A stretch of 64,000 nt of DNA, from assembly GCF_965240435.1 (NCBI RefSeq), contig NZ_CBDEKO010000003.1, one strand, 5' to 3'. Positions 1 to 9,620 of the stretch are shown here, piece after piece. The stretch's first letter is position 1. Every line of letters begins with the position of its first letter. The translations under genes were made by a program, and so were the position numbers. The DNA is from Moorena producens. GTDB lineage: Bacteria; Cyanobacteriota; Cyanobacteriia; Cyanobacteriales; Coleofasciculaceae. Below the pieces are notes generated by a model. That model was not told the origin of the DNA. It worked only from the letters and a program-made list of their open reading frames with translations, and searched no databases.

Positions 1-744
1 CCTGAAAGTGAGAGAGAGAGTCATTACAGGGAAAGACCTCAACACCAAGTAAGCGTCCTACCCTTCTTCCTGGGTAAATATCAGGTAACCCAGGCGCAAT
101 GGCAAGCGGTGGCCAAGCTCCCAAAAGTTAACCGGGACTTAGATCCAGACCCCTCTTACTTTAAAGGGGAGAATCGACCAGTAGAGCAAGTAAACTGGTT
201 CGATGCGATGGAATTTTGCGATCGCGTTTCTGAATATACAGGAACTAAATACAGATTACCCAGTGAAGCAGAATGGGAATACGCCTGTAGAGCTGGAACT
301 ACTACACCATTCCATTATGGAGAAACCATAACCACTAAATTAGCTAATTATAACGGTAACACTTATGCAGAGGAAGCAAAAGGGGTACATCGACGAGAAA
401 CCACCGATGTAGGACGTTTTCCCCCCAACGGCTTTGGCTTATACGATATGCATGGCAATGTTTGGGAGTGGTGTGGGGATCCTGACCATGGTAATTACTT
501 TGGAGCCCCGAAAGATGGGAGGATCTGGAGTATTAATCAGTATGGTCATTATATATTGCGCAGCGGCTCGTGCTCCGACAATGCCACTGATTTTTATATC
601 ACTGATTTTTATATACTGCGGGGCGGCTCGTGGCTCTTCAGTCCTAGGGATTGCCGTTCTGCCAACCGCGACTTCTCTGACCCGAATGATTACATCGACG
701 ACAATGTCGGTTTTCGTGTGGCTCGGGGTGTTGGGAGGACTTAG
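1..744 (+). CDS. FGE-sulfatase (FGS) domain protein, 5'-truncated by the window edge; C-terminal effector-type domain of the paralog family
   Basis: Frame 1 is open from base 1 (PESERESHYRERPQHQVSVLPFFLGKYQVTQAQW...) and matches the other four FGS paralogs. Shared motifs: YRLPSEAEWEYACRAGTTTPFHYGE, GLYDMHGNVWEWC, LRGGSW, GFRVAR (formylglycine-generating enzyme/SUMF1/EgtB-C family). Confidence 0.85.
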   Translation, partial: PESERESHYRERPQHQVSVLPFFLGKYQVTQAQWQAVAKLPKVNRDLDPDPSYFKGENRPVEQVNWFDAMEFCDRVSEYTGTKYRLPSEAEWEYACRAGTTTPFHYGETITTKLANYNGNTYAEEAKGVHRRETTDVGRFPPNGFGLYDMHGNVWEWCGDPDHGNYFGAPKDGRIWSINQYGHYILRSGSCSDNATDFYITDFYILRGGSWLFSPRDCRSANRDFSDPNDYIDDNVGFRVARGVGRT

Positions 745-884
745 CCCTTATTGGATTGATATCTATCTTTTTTAGTTGACAGCGCTTTGCAATTCAGTTA
801 GGTACAAATTTCTAGGTTTTTAGATAGTTATGCAAACCGCCGTATTTGATTCCTATCCAGTTTAAAGACACAATAGCTTAGGCG

Positions 885-3128
885 ATGAAACTACTGAATT
901 TGTTTTTAATCATACCCTACAGAGCAAAGCCAGGAGAAATAAAAATTTATGCCCAAGCAAAAGCCGGTCAGGCAGTTTATCATTCGCTCTTACCGTTTTT
1001 TGAATATGGAAATGATGTTCCAGACCGATGGCGAAATACTATGATGAAAGCCAAGGGTGCTGTAGCTTTTGAATCAGATAAGTTTTCTGAGGAAGAAGTG
1101 GAATGGATGGCAGAGCAAGGGTGGCTTACCCGAGAGGGTAATCATTTCCATCCCCAACGTTTAAAGAAGATTGGACAAGATATCTATAACACTCTTTTTC
1201 CCCCAGGAGATGGCAGGGATTTGTTACACAGAATGTTAGGTAGCCTTGAGCCAAGGGAACAACTACATATTCAAATCCAATTTAGTGAAAACATTGACCA
1301 GAGAGGACGTTTAACGGATTATCCTTGGGAATTAGCCTGTAAGAATCACAAATTTCTAGCTAAGGGACGAGTGACTTTTTCACGGTTGATCGCCTTTTTC
1401 CGAAATATACCTAAGCTTCCACCAGTAGAAAAAATTAAGGTTTTGCTCGTCTCATCCCCTGTTGGGGATAGGGCAATGGATTTACCTCCCCTCGACTCTC
1501 AAGAGCAAAGAGCTATACTCAAAGGAATAAAGCAAGCTGAAGCAAAAGGCAAAATTGAGCTGTTTTACCACCTCAATTCTCCGACTTTAAAAGAATTTGG
1601 AGATTATCTTACCCAAATCTCTGGAGACAAAACACCTCATATCATTCACTTCGATGGTCATGGCGTTTTCGGTCAACGTTGCAATCAGGAGCAATGCCGT
1701 ACCATCCATCAACTCAGAGCGACTAAATGCCGAAAATGTGGCTATCCTTTAGATCCATTTCCCCAAGGTTACTTACTGTTTAAAGCTAACCCAGAAGATG
1801 GCAACAAAGAAGCGGATTATATCAGTGCTACAGAAATTAGTGAGCTGATTCAAAAAAGTAATATTGATTTAGAACAAAAACCAGACCAAGGCATTCGTTT
1901 GGTGGTTATAAGTGCTTGTAAAACGGGGATGGCACTGGGAAGCGATTCCGTGTTCAAGGGTGTGGCTCAAAAATTGATAGAGCAACAGATTCCAGCAGTG
2001 GTAGCTATGCCATACCATGGCACTGTAAAAGGGGCAACTGCTTTTGCAGAGCGGTTTTATCGAGCATTAGGTAACAAAAAAACCATAACTACTGCCCTTA
2101 CTCTGGCACAGGGTGTAATGAGTAGAGAGGGAAACCAATTCTATCACCCACTACTTTACCTACGTTGGTATGATCAAGAGGGGGGGCAGTTGTTTGGTAA
2201 TGAGCAACCTGAGCTGGTTATGCCTTCAACCTTATCGGAAACATTAATACCACAATCAAAGGAAGAAAGTTTAAAGCAGTTTTCCTTTGAAGTAGTAACA
2301 GTTAACCGTAAAGGAACAATAATCAAGCGAGAATCCCAGCAAGCGCGTTATTTCACTGAATATCTGGGGAATGGAGTAAATCTAGAAATGGTGTATATCC
2401 CAGCAGGAAGCTTCGTAATGGGTTCCCCTGAAAGTGAGAAGGGAAGTGATGGTAATGAAAGACCTCAACACCAAGTAAGGGTCCAAGCTTTTTTCCTGGG
2501 GAAATATCAGGTAACACAGGCACAATGGAGAGCAGTAGCCAACCTACCAATAAAAACGAACTGGAAGTTAAAGCCAAACCCCTCTTACTTTAAAGGAAAT
2601 AATCGACCAGTAGAGCTAGTAAGCTGGTCCGATGCAAAACAATTTTGCCGTCACCTTTCTGACTATACAGGAACGGAATACAGATTACCCAGTGAAGCGG
2701 AATGGGAATACGCCTGTAGAGCTGGAACTACCACACCATTCCATTATGGAGAGACGATAACCAGTAAATTAGCTAATTATAACAGTAACACTTATGCAGA
2801 GGAAGCAAAAGGGAAATATCGAGGAGAAACCACCCCAGTAGGAAGTTTCCCCCCCAACCGCTTTGGCTTATACGATATGCACGGCAATGTTTGGGAGTAC
2901 TGTGAGGATAATTGCCATAAGAATTACTTTGGAGCCCCTACAGATGGGAGTATCTGGAGTAATTATTATTCTAATGATGGTCATTATGAGCTTGTGCGGG
3001 GCGGCTCGTGGTACGATAGTTCTTCGTCTTGCCGTTCGGCCTCCCGCAGTGACTATGACCTGAGCTGCTTCCCCAGCATATCTGTCGGTTTTCGTGTGGT
3101 TCGGGTAGTTGGGAGGAGTTCGCCCTGA
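885..3128 (+). CDS. CHAT (caspase-like) domain protein fused to a C-terminal FGE-sulfatase (FGS) domain; Cys-rich insert CNQEQCRTIHQLRATKCRKCGY
   Basis: CHAT hallmarks: DYPWELA, HIIHFDGHG (catalytic His) and VVISACKTG (catalytic Cys). Residues ~520-747 repeat the FGS motifs seen in the paralogs. Start codon uncertain (alternative Met near 1041). Confidence 0.85.
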   Translation: MKLLNLFLIIPYRAKPGEIKIYAQAKAGQAVYHSLLPFFEYGNDVPDRWRNTMMKAKGAVAFESDKFSEEEVEWMAEQGWLTREGNHFHPQRLKKIGQDIYNTLFPPGDGRDLLHRMLGSLEPREQLHIQIQFSENIDQRGRLTDYPWELACKNHKFLAKGRVTFSRLIAFFRNIPKLPPVEKIKVLLVSSPVGDRAMDLPPLDSQEQRAILKGIKQAEAKGKIELFYHLNSPTLKEFGDYLTQISGDKTPHIIHFDGHGVFGQRCNQEQCRTIHQLRATKCRKCGYPLDPFPQGYLLFKANPEDGNKEADYISATEISELIQKSNIDLEQKPDQGIRLVVISACKTGMALGSDSVFKGVAQKLIEQQIPAVVAMPYHGTVKGATAFAERFYRALGNKKTITTALTLAQGVMSREGNQFYHPLLYLRWYDQEGGQLFGNEQPELVMPSTLSETLIPQSKEESLKQFSFEVVTVNRKGTIIKRESQQARYFTEYLGNGVNLEMVYIPAGSFVMGSPESEKGSDGNERPQHQVRVQAFFLGKYQVTQAQWRAVANLPIKTNWKLKPNPSYFKGNNRPVELVSWSDAKQFCRHLSDYTGTEYRLPSEAEWEYACRAGTTTPFHYGETITSKLANYNSNTYAEEAKGKYRGETTPVGSFPPNRFGLYDMHGNVWEYCEDNCHKNYFGAPTDGSIWSNYYSNDGHYELVRGGSWYDSSSSCRSASRSDYDLSCFPSISVGFRVVRVVGRSSP

Positions 3129-3137
3129 TTGGATTGA

Positions 3138-3270
3138 TATAGCGTTTCTCATAGCTATCAGGTACACATTTTTTTTCCTCTTGCCTTCTCCCTGCTCCGA
3201 ACGCGCCCCGCGTGGCCTACGGCCTCAGTCCCTAAAAACCCAGAACTTTGTACCTAACTCAATTGCAAAC
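3138..3270. mobile_element. MITE of the GTGAGGTACAC-end family, right after the CHAT-FGS gene
   Basis: atatagcgtttctcatagctatcaggtacacatttttttt...ctaaaaacccagaactttgtacctaactcaattgc parallels the elements at 11244, 16388 and 33620. Confidence 0.5.
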
Positions 3271-3383
3271 TGCTGTAAGGGTGAAGCAATGTCTTGAATG
3301 GTTGTCTGAACCCGTAAGCCACCACCAGGTGGGAAATACCAGCAAATAAAGGAAAATTTACGGGATTTGGTCTAATCAGAGTG

Positions 3384-3720
3384 TAGATAGTGACATACTC
3401 CCACACGCTCATCGTTCGCGTAGCGTCGGCTTCGCCGAAGATTACAGTGTGGGCTTCTTGCCAACTCCACCCAACGGTTCGGATACTCGGCAAGCTTTAT
3501 TAACGACACGGGATGCCCCTCCGCACCGGAACAATACAATAAGTTCTATTTTTTAGGAACGTAGGTGGCTGACAAACCAGCATTTAAGGCCTTTGGCCAC
3601 GCTTCGCGAACGGCTTTGTTTATCAGTACATATATTATAGCAATTTTATAATACCCTGTGCAAAATTCATCCCACACCTATGCGTAGCATAGGTGTGGGA
3701 TGAATTTTGCCGGACAGCTA
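3384..3720. mobile_element. ~337-bp insertion in the 5' region of the 3774 gene (absent from the paralogous 5305 leader); MITE-like
   Basis: Alignment of the two paralog leaders shows the inserted block. It is bounded by inverted copies of the dispersed motif CGTTCGCGTAGCG.GGC (3410-3437 and 3588-3613) and contains a 24-bp perfect palindrome at 3660-3710. Confidence 0.5.
3660..3710. repeat. Perfect 24-bp-stem palindrome gcaaaattcatcccacacctatgc-gta-gcataggtgtgggatgaattttgc
   Basis: Read directly from the sequence. Not followed by a T-run, so not a canonical intrinsic terminator. Confidence 0.8.
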
Positions 3721-3773
3721 AATTAGAGTAAAGTATCAAGTTTTATTTTTCACAGGTCTTGAATTAACCATCT
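3721..3773 (+). promoter_or_regulatory. Conserved 5' leader shared by the two tandem EAD-FGS paralogs (second copy at 5252-5304)
   Basis: aattagag.a.agtatcaa.tt.tatttttcacaggtcttgaa.taac occurs upstream of both start codons. The upstream segment taatcaga.tgtagata.tga is also shared (3363-3383 vs 5232-5252), but the first copy has a ~337-bp insertion (3384-3720) between them. Confidence 0.35.
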
Positions 3774-5222
3774 ATGAATGCTGGATATACCCCTGGTTAT
3801 CTCCTCAAAAAGATAAACGAAGCACTGTGTAGTGCTTTCCCTGATAAAGCTGAATTAGAAATGATGGTTTATCTTGAATTAAATATAAATCTGAACGAGG
3901 TTGCTAGCGGTGGAAATTTACAGGAACTTGTTGACCAATTAATACAGCATTGTCAGGCTTATAATAAGTTAGATAAATTAATTGATAGAGCACTTAACTA
4001 TAATCCAGATAATGCTCAATTAAAAGCAATCGCTGAAAATTTTAAAATTACGACTAGTTTAGTCAAAATATTGCGTCCTTTAGAAAGGAAATTTATAAAC
4101 CAAATGCAACAGGCTTATCAAGCTTGCTGTCCCGATCGTAAAGATAAAATCCCTAGCAGTTTTGATGAGATTCTCAAAAATTTGGATGAGATATATCAAC
4201 CAACTGACGATGAAAAACTGATTGTCAAATTTGTCGATTATTTATTATTAACTGGAAATCTTTCCAAGTCAAAGGCTGAGCAACTAAAGCAATGGTTAGA
4301 AAAAAATGCCAATAAGTTTTATAATTTATTAGTTTACAAACAAAACTTAAATCCACCAGCAGAGCCAAAAGGTTTAAAGCAGTTTTCCTTTCAAGTAGTG
4401 ACAGTTAACCCTAGAGGAGCAATAATCAAGCGAGAAAATAAACAAGCAAGTTATTTCACTCAAAATCTGGGGAATGGAGTAGACCTAGACATGGTGTATA
4501 TCCCAGCAGGAAGCTTCTTAATGGGTTCCCCGGAACAGGAAAGGGAGAGTCTTGACAGGGAAAGACCTCAACACCAAGTAAGCGTCCAACCCTTCTTCCT
4601 GGGTAAATATCAGGTAACCCAAGCGCAATGGCGAGCCGTAGCCAACCTCCCAAAAATTAAGCGGGACTTAAAGCCAGACCCCTCTTACTTTAAACGAAAG
4701 AATCGACCAGTAGAGCGAGTAAGCTGGTTCGATGCAGTGGAATTTTGCCTACGCCTTTCTGATCACACAGGAACGGAATACAGATTACCCACTGAAGCGG
4801 AATGGGAATACGCCTGTAGAGCTGGAACTACCACACCATTCCATTATGGACAGACCATAACCACTAAATTAGCTAATTATAATGGTAACTATACTTATGC
4901 AGAGGAAGCAGAAGGGGAATATCGAGAAGAAACCACTTCAGTAGGACGTTTTCCCCCCAACGGTTTTGGCTTATACGATATGCACGGCAATGTTTGGGAG
5001 TGGTGTGGGGATCCTTACCATGGTAATTACTTTGGAGCCCCGAAAGATGGGAGTATCTGGAGTATTAATGATAATCAGGATGATTATCCTGTTCTGCGGG
5101 GCGGCTCCTGGTTAGGCCATCCTAGATTTTGCCGTTCTGCCTTCCGCAGCGACTATGACGCCCGCGTTAGCTTCGACGACAATGTCGGTTTTCGTGTGGC
5201 TCGGGCTGTTGCAAGGAGCTAG
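3774..5222 (+). CDS. N-terminal ~110-aa helical domain (candidate effector-associated domain, EAD) + linker + C-terminal FGE-sulfatase domain
   Basis: N-terminus MNAGYTPGYLLKKINEALCSAFPD...NLQELVDQLIQHCQAYNKLDKLIDRAL is near-identical to the next gene. C-terminal half carries the FGS motifs (YRLPTEAEWEYACRAGTTTPFHYG, GLYDMHGNVWEWC, LRGGSW, GFRVAR). Confidence 0.8.
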   Translation: MNAGYTPGYLLKKINEALCSAFPDKAELEMMVYLELNINLNEVASGGNLQELVDQLIQHCQAYNKLDKLIDRALNYNPDNAQLKAIAENFKITTSLVKILRPLERKFINQMQQAYQACCPDRKDKIPSSFDEILKNLDEIYQPTDDEKLIVKFVDYLLLTGNLSKSKAEQLKQWLEKNANKFYNLLVYKQNLNPPAEPKGLKQFSFQVVTVNPRGAIIKRENKQASYFTQNLGNGVDLDMVYIPAGSFLMGSPEQERESLDRERPQHQVSVQPFFLGKYQVTQAQWRAVANLPKIKRDLKPDPSYFKRKNRPVERVSWFDAVEFCLRLSDHTGTEYRLPTEAEWEYACRAGTTTPFHYGQTITTKLANYNGNYTYAEEAEGEYREETTSVGRFPPNGFGLYDMHGNVWEWCGDPYHGNYFGAPKDGSIWSINDNQDDYPVLRGGSWLGHPRFCRSAFRSDYDARVSFDDNVGFRVARAVARS

Positions 5223-5304
5223 CCCGCCGTATAATCAGACTGTAGATAATGAATTAGAGCAGAGTATCAAATTCTATTTTTCACAGGTCTTGAACTAACT
5301 GTCA

Positions 5305-6831
5305 ATGAGTGCTGGACATACCCCTGGTTATCTCCTCGAAAAGATAAATGAAGCACTGTGTAGTGCTTTCCCTGATGAAACTAAATTAGCCATGATGGTG
5401 CTTTATAAATTAAATATAAATCTGAACCAGGTTGCTAGCGGTGGAAATTTAAAGGAAACCGTTCACAACTTAATAATACATTATCAGGCTTCCAATGAGT
5501 TAGAAAGATTAATTGATGGAGCACTTGAACATATTCCAAATAATCCTCAATTAAAGGCAATCCAGGAAAAATTTAAAATTACGACTAGTTTAGTCAAGAT
5601 ATTGCTTCCTTTAGAAAAAACCTTGATCAAACAAATGCAACAGTCTTACAGAGATTGTTGTCCCGATTGTAAAAATAAAAACCATGACACTTTTTTTAAA
5701 ATTATCAAAAATTTGGATGAGATACATCAACCAACTGATGATGAAAAGCTTATTGTAAAATTTGTCGATCATTTATTAGTAAATGGAAAGATTACCACGT
5801 CAGAGGCTGAGCAACTAAAGCAATGGTTAGAGAGAAATGCCAATAACGTTTCTGATTTAGAATTTCACAAACAAAACTTAAATCCACAACCTGATTCAGA
5901 TAAACCTCCAACATCGGAAACGCTATCTGATTCAGATAAATCTTCAAAATCGGAAACATCAATACCAGAAGCAGAAGAAGAAGGTTTAAAGCAGTTTCCC
6001 TTTGAAGTAGTAACAGTTAACCGTAGAGGAGCAATAATCAACCGAGAAAATAAACAAGCAAGTTATTTAACTCAAGATCTGGGGAATGGAGTAGACCTAG
6101 AGATGGTGTATATCCCAAAAGGAAGCTTCTTAATGGGTTCCCCGAAAAGTGAGAGGGGGAGTGATGACAGCGAAAGACCTCAACACCAAGTAAGCATTCA
6201 ACCCTTCTTCCTGGGGAAATATCAGGTAACCCAGGCGCAATGGCGAGCTGTTGCCAAGCTTCCAAAAGTTAACCGGGACTTAGATCCAGACCCTTCGAGA
6301 TTTAACGGAAAGAATCGACCAGTAGAGCGAGTAATTTGGTACGATGCGATGGAATTTTGCGATCGCCTTTCTGAATATACAGGAACGGAATACAGATTAC
6401 CCAGTGAAGCAGAATGGGAATACGCCTGTAGAGCAGGAACTACCACACCATTCCATTATGGAGAGACCATAACCAGTAGATTTGCTAATTATGCTGCTTC
6501 CGATACTTATGCAGAGGAAGCAAAAGGGGAATATCGGGAAGAAACTACCCCAGTAGGACATTTTCGTTACCCCAACGGCTTTGGCTTATACGATATGCAC
6601 GGCAATGTTTGGGAGTGGTGTGGAGATCCAAGCCATCCTAATTACGAAGGAGCCCCTACAGATGGGAGTATCTGGTCTATTAATAATAATAATAGTGATT
6701 ATTGTATACTGCGGGGCGGCTCCTGGGTAAGCATTCCTAGGGATTGCCGTTCTGCCTGCCGCCTCTTCTATAACCCGCGCGAGGCCGTCAACAACCTTGT
6801 CGGTTTTCGTGTGGCTCGTGGTGTTGGGTAG
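5305..6831 (+). CDS. Tandem paralog of the previous gene: EAD-like helical N-domain + Ser/Asp/Lys-rich linker + FGE-sulfatase domain
   Basis: MSAGHTPGYLLEKINEALCSAFPD... N-domain; same FGS motif set. The ~60-bp 5' leader is conserved with the 3774 gene. Confidence 0.8.
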   Translation: MSAGHTPGYLLEKINEALCSAFPDETKLAMMVLYKLNINLNQVASGGNLKETVHNLIIHYQASNELERLIDGALEHIPNNPQLKAIQEKFKITTSLVKILLPLEKTLIKQMQQSYRDCCPDCKNKNHDTFFKIIKNLDEIHQPTDDEKLIVKFVDHLLVNGKITTSEAEQLKQWLERNANNVSDLEFHKQNLNPQPDSDKPPTSETLSDSDKSSKSETSIPEAEEEGLKQFPFEVVTVNRRGAIINRENKQASYLTQDLGNGVDLEMVYIPKGSFLMGSPKSERGSDDSERPQHQVSIQPFFLGKYQVTQAQWRAVAKLPKVNRDLDPDPSRFNGKNRPVERVIWYDAMEFCDRLSEYTGTEYRLPSEAEWEYACRAGTTTPFHYGETITSRFANYAASDTYAEEAKGEYREETTPVGHFRYPNGFGLYDMHGNVWEWCGDPSHPNYEGAPTDGSIWSINNNNSDYCILRGGSWVSIPRDCRSACRLFYNPREAVNNLVGFRVARGVG

Positions 6832-6934
6832 GGTGTGTTAGGGGTGGACTTGCCTTGATTTTTACGGTAGCCAGTTTTTGGATAGTCTGCCCCGTAACGC
6901 ACCACAGGGTCAAACTTTATTTGAATAAACTTTG

Positions 6935-7570
6935 ATCAAGGCAATTTAATCGTCTCAGCAAACAAACTCTGCAATCGCTCTAATTTACCACCCTTTTGAT
7001 ATAATAAATCTCCCTTACCTAACAAATAAGCTGCTTCAGTATTGCTGCCACCAAAAATAATCTTTGAATCCGCTTCAGACGCTGTGCGTAAAGCAATTCG
7101 CCCAGGTAAATTAGAGCGAATAATCGGAGTAACAACGTAAGCATTCAGCCGTCAGCCGTCAGCCGTCAGCCAAGGCCAAAGGCCACGCTACGCGAATGGG
7201 TCACGCTACTTGAGGTGCAGACTTAACTCAGATTAAATGAATGGTTACCTGTTTTATTCAAAAGCTGTTCGGTGTAGCTTACCCATAGCCCATAAGCTGA
7301 TAGCTGTTCGCATTAAGCTAAGGTGCTTTTGAAGAGGCGTTGCAGCACAGCAAAAGGGGGGTTACTCCCATGAGCAACTGCATCAAGAAAACAGGTAACC
7401 ATGTGTTAAATCTGAATTACATCTGCTGACGGCTGACCGCTGACCGCTGATAGCTGAATGCTTACCTAGCTTTTGCTCCTAAACGCTTAATACTTAATTC
7501 TAAGTCTTTGCGGATTTCTTTTTCAGCCATGAAATCAGCATATGTTGACCACCCAGATAAAAACCCTATT
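6935..7570 (-). pseudogene. Fragment duplicating the 3' end (C-terminal FtsK-type ATPase region) of the 23247-26075 gene, split by a MITE insertion
   Basis: 6935-7140 is near-identical to 23247-23455. 7467-7570 matches 23500-23580. The intervening 7141-7466 has no counterpart in the intact gene. Confidence 0.65.
7136..7466. mobile_element. MITE with GTAAGCATTCAGC terminal inverted repeats and internal (CAGCCGT)/(CAGCTAT) arrays
   Basis: Left end acgtaagcattcagccgtcagccgtcagcc; right end ggctgaccgctgaccgctgatagctgaatgcttacc. Same end sequences at 59128-59375 and 53843-53905. Confidence 0.6.
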
Positions 7571-7807
7571 ATGATGGATCACTCAGACTCTAATCTACCT
7601 CCTAAGCCGCGCTTTGTGGCTTATTTACCCGATTTGATTACACAAGAGGATTATTTAGATTCCCCTAAACAACAAAAGCTCCGTGTGCGTATTGATATAA
7701 CTGATGAAGGAGTCGAGATTCTAGGGGACAGTATGTATGCCCATCTTGTAGAAGAACTACTCGCTCAATTAGGTGCAGATGAGATCGAACGAATGCTTTG
7801 TGGCTAG
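7508..7807 (+). CDS. Hypothetical small protein (99 aa)
   Basis: ORF only. Its 5' end overlaps the gene fragment on the other strand. No recognisable motif. Confidence 0.25.
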   Translation: MRISFSAMKSAYVDHPDKNPIMMDHSDSNLPPKPRFVAYLPDLITQEDYLDSPKQQKLRVRIDITDEGVEILGDSMYAHLVEELLAQLGADEIERMLCG

Positions 7808-7831
7808 CTTATTAGACTTCTTGCAGAAGTC

Positions 7832-7897
7832 GGGAACAGGGAACAGGGAACAGGGAACAGGGAATCGGGAATCGGGAATCGGGAATCGGGAATCGGG
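7832..7897. repeat. Heptamer tandem array (GGGAACA)4(GGGAATC)5
   Basis: Direct read. Confidence 0.9.
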
Positions 7898-8068
7898 ATG
7901 CGCTGCATCAAGACAGGGAATCAGTGTCAAATAAGACTGTACCTCATAGATACGATAAACGCTAGAAAAGACTGGCAAGGATGTCAACTTAGTTTAGTGT
8001 TGCTAAGCTGTTGCGCATTTAAATTGGGTATTATTCAGTTATAAAAAAAACCGTCAAACCCTCTCCCG

Positions 8069-8112
8069 AGCTCCCCAGCTCCCCAGCTCCCCAGCTCCCC
8101 AGCTCCCCAGCT
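8069..8112. repeat. Octamer tandem array (CTCCCCAG)5-6
   Basis: Direct read. Confidence 0.9.
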
Positions 8113-8149
8113 GTCAGAACCATCAAATTTAAATGAAGACCAGCTTATG

Positions 8150-8420
8150 ACTGAGCAAAGCAAAACCTCACTTAATCTTCTTGACACTCCCCGGTCTAAA
8201 GACGCGGGGATTCTTCGCTCAACGACTTAGCTTGCTGAACCTGGTCGGAACCAAGAACAGTAGAGGCTAAATCTCCCGAAGTGTTCGGGTCTATGACCCA
8301 GGTTCCGGTGTGCCCCACCGTACCCAAGGCTCTTTTCAGAATATTGATGGCGGCGTTGTGGTCTCGGTCTAATTTACAACCACACTTGCAAACGTGAGTC
8401 CTAGTAGATAGTGACTTTTT
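8150..8420 (-). ncRNA. Predicted omega-RNA (reRNA) region for TnpB: 3' end of tnpB and right-end sequence
   Basis: Inferred from the known IS200/IS605 arrangement (omega-RNA overlaps the tnpB 3' end). No independent sequence evidence. Confidence 0.25.
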
Positions 8421-9620
8421 GACCACTTCACCGCACTCAGAGCAATTCTGACTAGTATAGGCAGGATTCACTGCAACAGTGATCCGACCAAATTTAGTTC
8501 CAAAATGCTCTAACCATTTTCTAAATTGATACCAACCTGCATCATTAATAGACTTAGCGAGACAGTGATTCTTTACTAAATTTTTTACTCTTAAATCTTG
8601 CCTTCGGCACGCTGCGCGAACGTAGGCGACCAGGTCGTTAGACCGGATTACGCAACGTGCCAGTCTCTTGGCATGTTCTTGACGCTGCCTGCTTATTTTA
8701 AGGTGCTGCCTTCCTAATCTATTAATGGCTTTTTTACGGTTAGATGAGCCTTTCTTTTTCCGGGAAACCCGGCGCTGATAAAATTTTAATCTTTTTTCCC
8801 CTGTCCGGTAGAATCGGGGGTTGGGTTCAGACTTTCCATCAGAATCAGTGTAAAACTCTTTTAGTCCTACATCTAAACCAACAGTATTTTTAGATGGTTC
8901 TAATTCTTCGACCACGTCAACTGAAACGCAAAATTGAACATAGTAACCATCTGCTCTCTTGACTATCCGAACCCGTTTAATTTGCTTCTTGTCAAAGCGC
9001 CACAAGTCCCAAGTACCTTTAAGTTTGAGTTTACCTATGCCTTTTTTATCACTGAAGGTGATTGACTTTTTGTCAGGGGATAATTTCCATCCCGACTGCT
9101 TGTACTCAACCGATCTACAGTGCTTCTGGAATTTAGGAAACCCTTTTTTGCCAGGTATTTTCTTCTTGCAGTTATCAAAGAAGCGGACGTTCGCGAAGCG
9201 TGGCCTACGGCCAATCGATGACCATGCTCTTTCTGAAGCAGCCTGACGAGCTGTGGAGTTTAACTCATTAGCAAATGAAAATTGATGAGCCAAGACCTTA
9301 CTGTACTTGCTCAAATCAAATTTATTAATCCCTTTGTTGTCCAGCCATAGACGAATACAGCTGTTCCGAATGAATTTCACAGTCCGAATGGCTTCATCTA
9401 TGGCTGAGTATTGAAACTCTTTGCCCTTGGCTTTAAATTCTAGAATGATCATCGGTTATCGACCTCTACCGTTTCTACTTTATTCTGTCATACCTAGAAT
9501 AAAATGTCAAGCTTTCTTTGATTTTTCCTCACAGCGGCTAAAGACCGCTTCGACCCTTCATCCCCGCTCTAAAGAGACGGGGCTTTCGGGTATTGGGGAT
9601 TTTTGTAAAGCGTTTGACCA
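8170..9620 (-). mobile_element. tnpB-only IS200/IS605-type element; no tnpA recognised
   Basis: Same-strand subterminal hairpins CCCCGGTCTAAAGACGCGGGG (8189-8209, overlapping the tnpB stop) and CCCCGCTCTAAAGAGACGGGG (9562-9582). Boundaries approximate. Confidence 0.5.
8196..9452 (-). CDS. tnpB: IS200/IS605-family TnpB (OrfB) RNA-guided endonuclease-type transposase accessory protein
   Basis: 418 aa. C-terminal Zn-ribbon CSECGEVVKKSLSTRTHVCKCGCKLDRDHNAAINIL and RuvC-like segments (GLDVGLKEFYTDSDG) typical of OrfB_IS605/OrfB_Zn_ribbon. Confidence 0.9.
   Translation of the reverse strand: MIILEFKAKGKEFQYSAIDEAIRTVKFIRNSCIRLWLDNKGINKFDLSKYSKVLAHQFSFANELNSTARQAASERAWSSIGRRPRFANVRFFDNCKKKIPGKKGFPKFQKHCRSVEYKQSGWKLSPDKKSITFSDKKGIGKLKLKGTWDLWRFDKKQIKRVRIVKRADGYYVQFCVSVDVVEELEPSKNTVGLDVGLKEFYTDSDGKSEPNPRFYRTGEKRLKFYQRRVSRKKKGSSNRKKAINRLGRQHLKISRQRQEHAKRLARCVIRSNDLVAYVRAACRRQDLRVKNLVKNHCLAKSINDAGWYQFRKWLEHFGTKFGRITVAVNPAYTSQNCSECGEVVKKSLSTRTHVCKCGCKLDRDHNAAINILKRALGTVGHTGTWVIDPNTSGDLASTVLGSDQVQQAKSLSEESPRL

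Noticed and set aside
434-775. Out-of-frame ORFs inside the FGS genes (434-775, 2863-3063, 17821-18252, and antisense 2353-2577, 4456-4653, 6038-6265, 17384-17650) that look conserved between paralogs
   Set aside because: They are shadow ORFs: their apparent conservation (MAYTICMAMFGS..., ...LGYTP.L.LLHSPD) just reflects nucleotide conservation of the overlapping real FGS reading frame.
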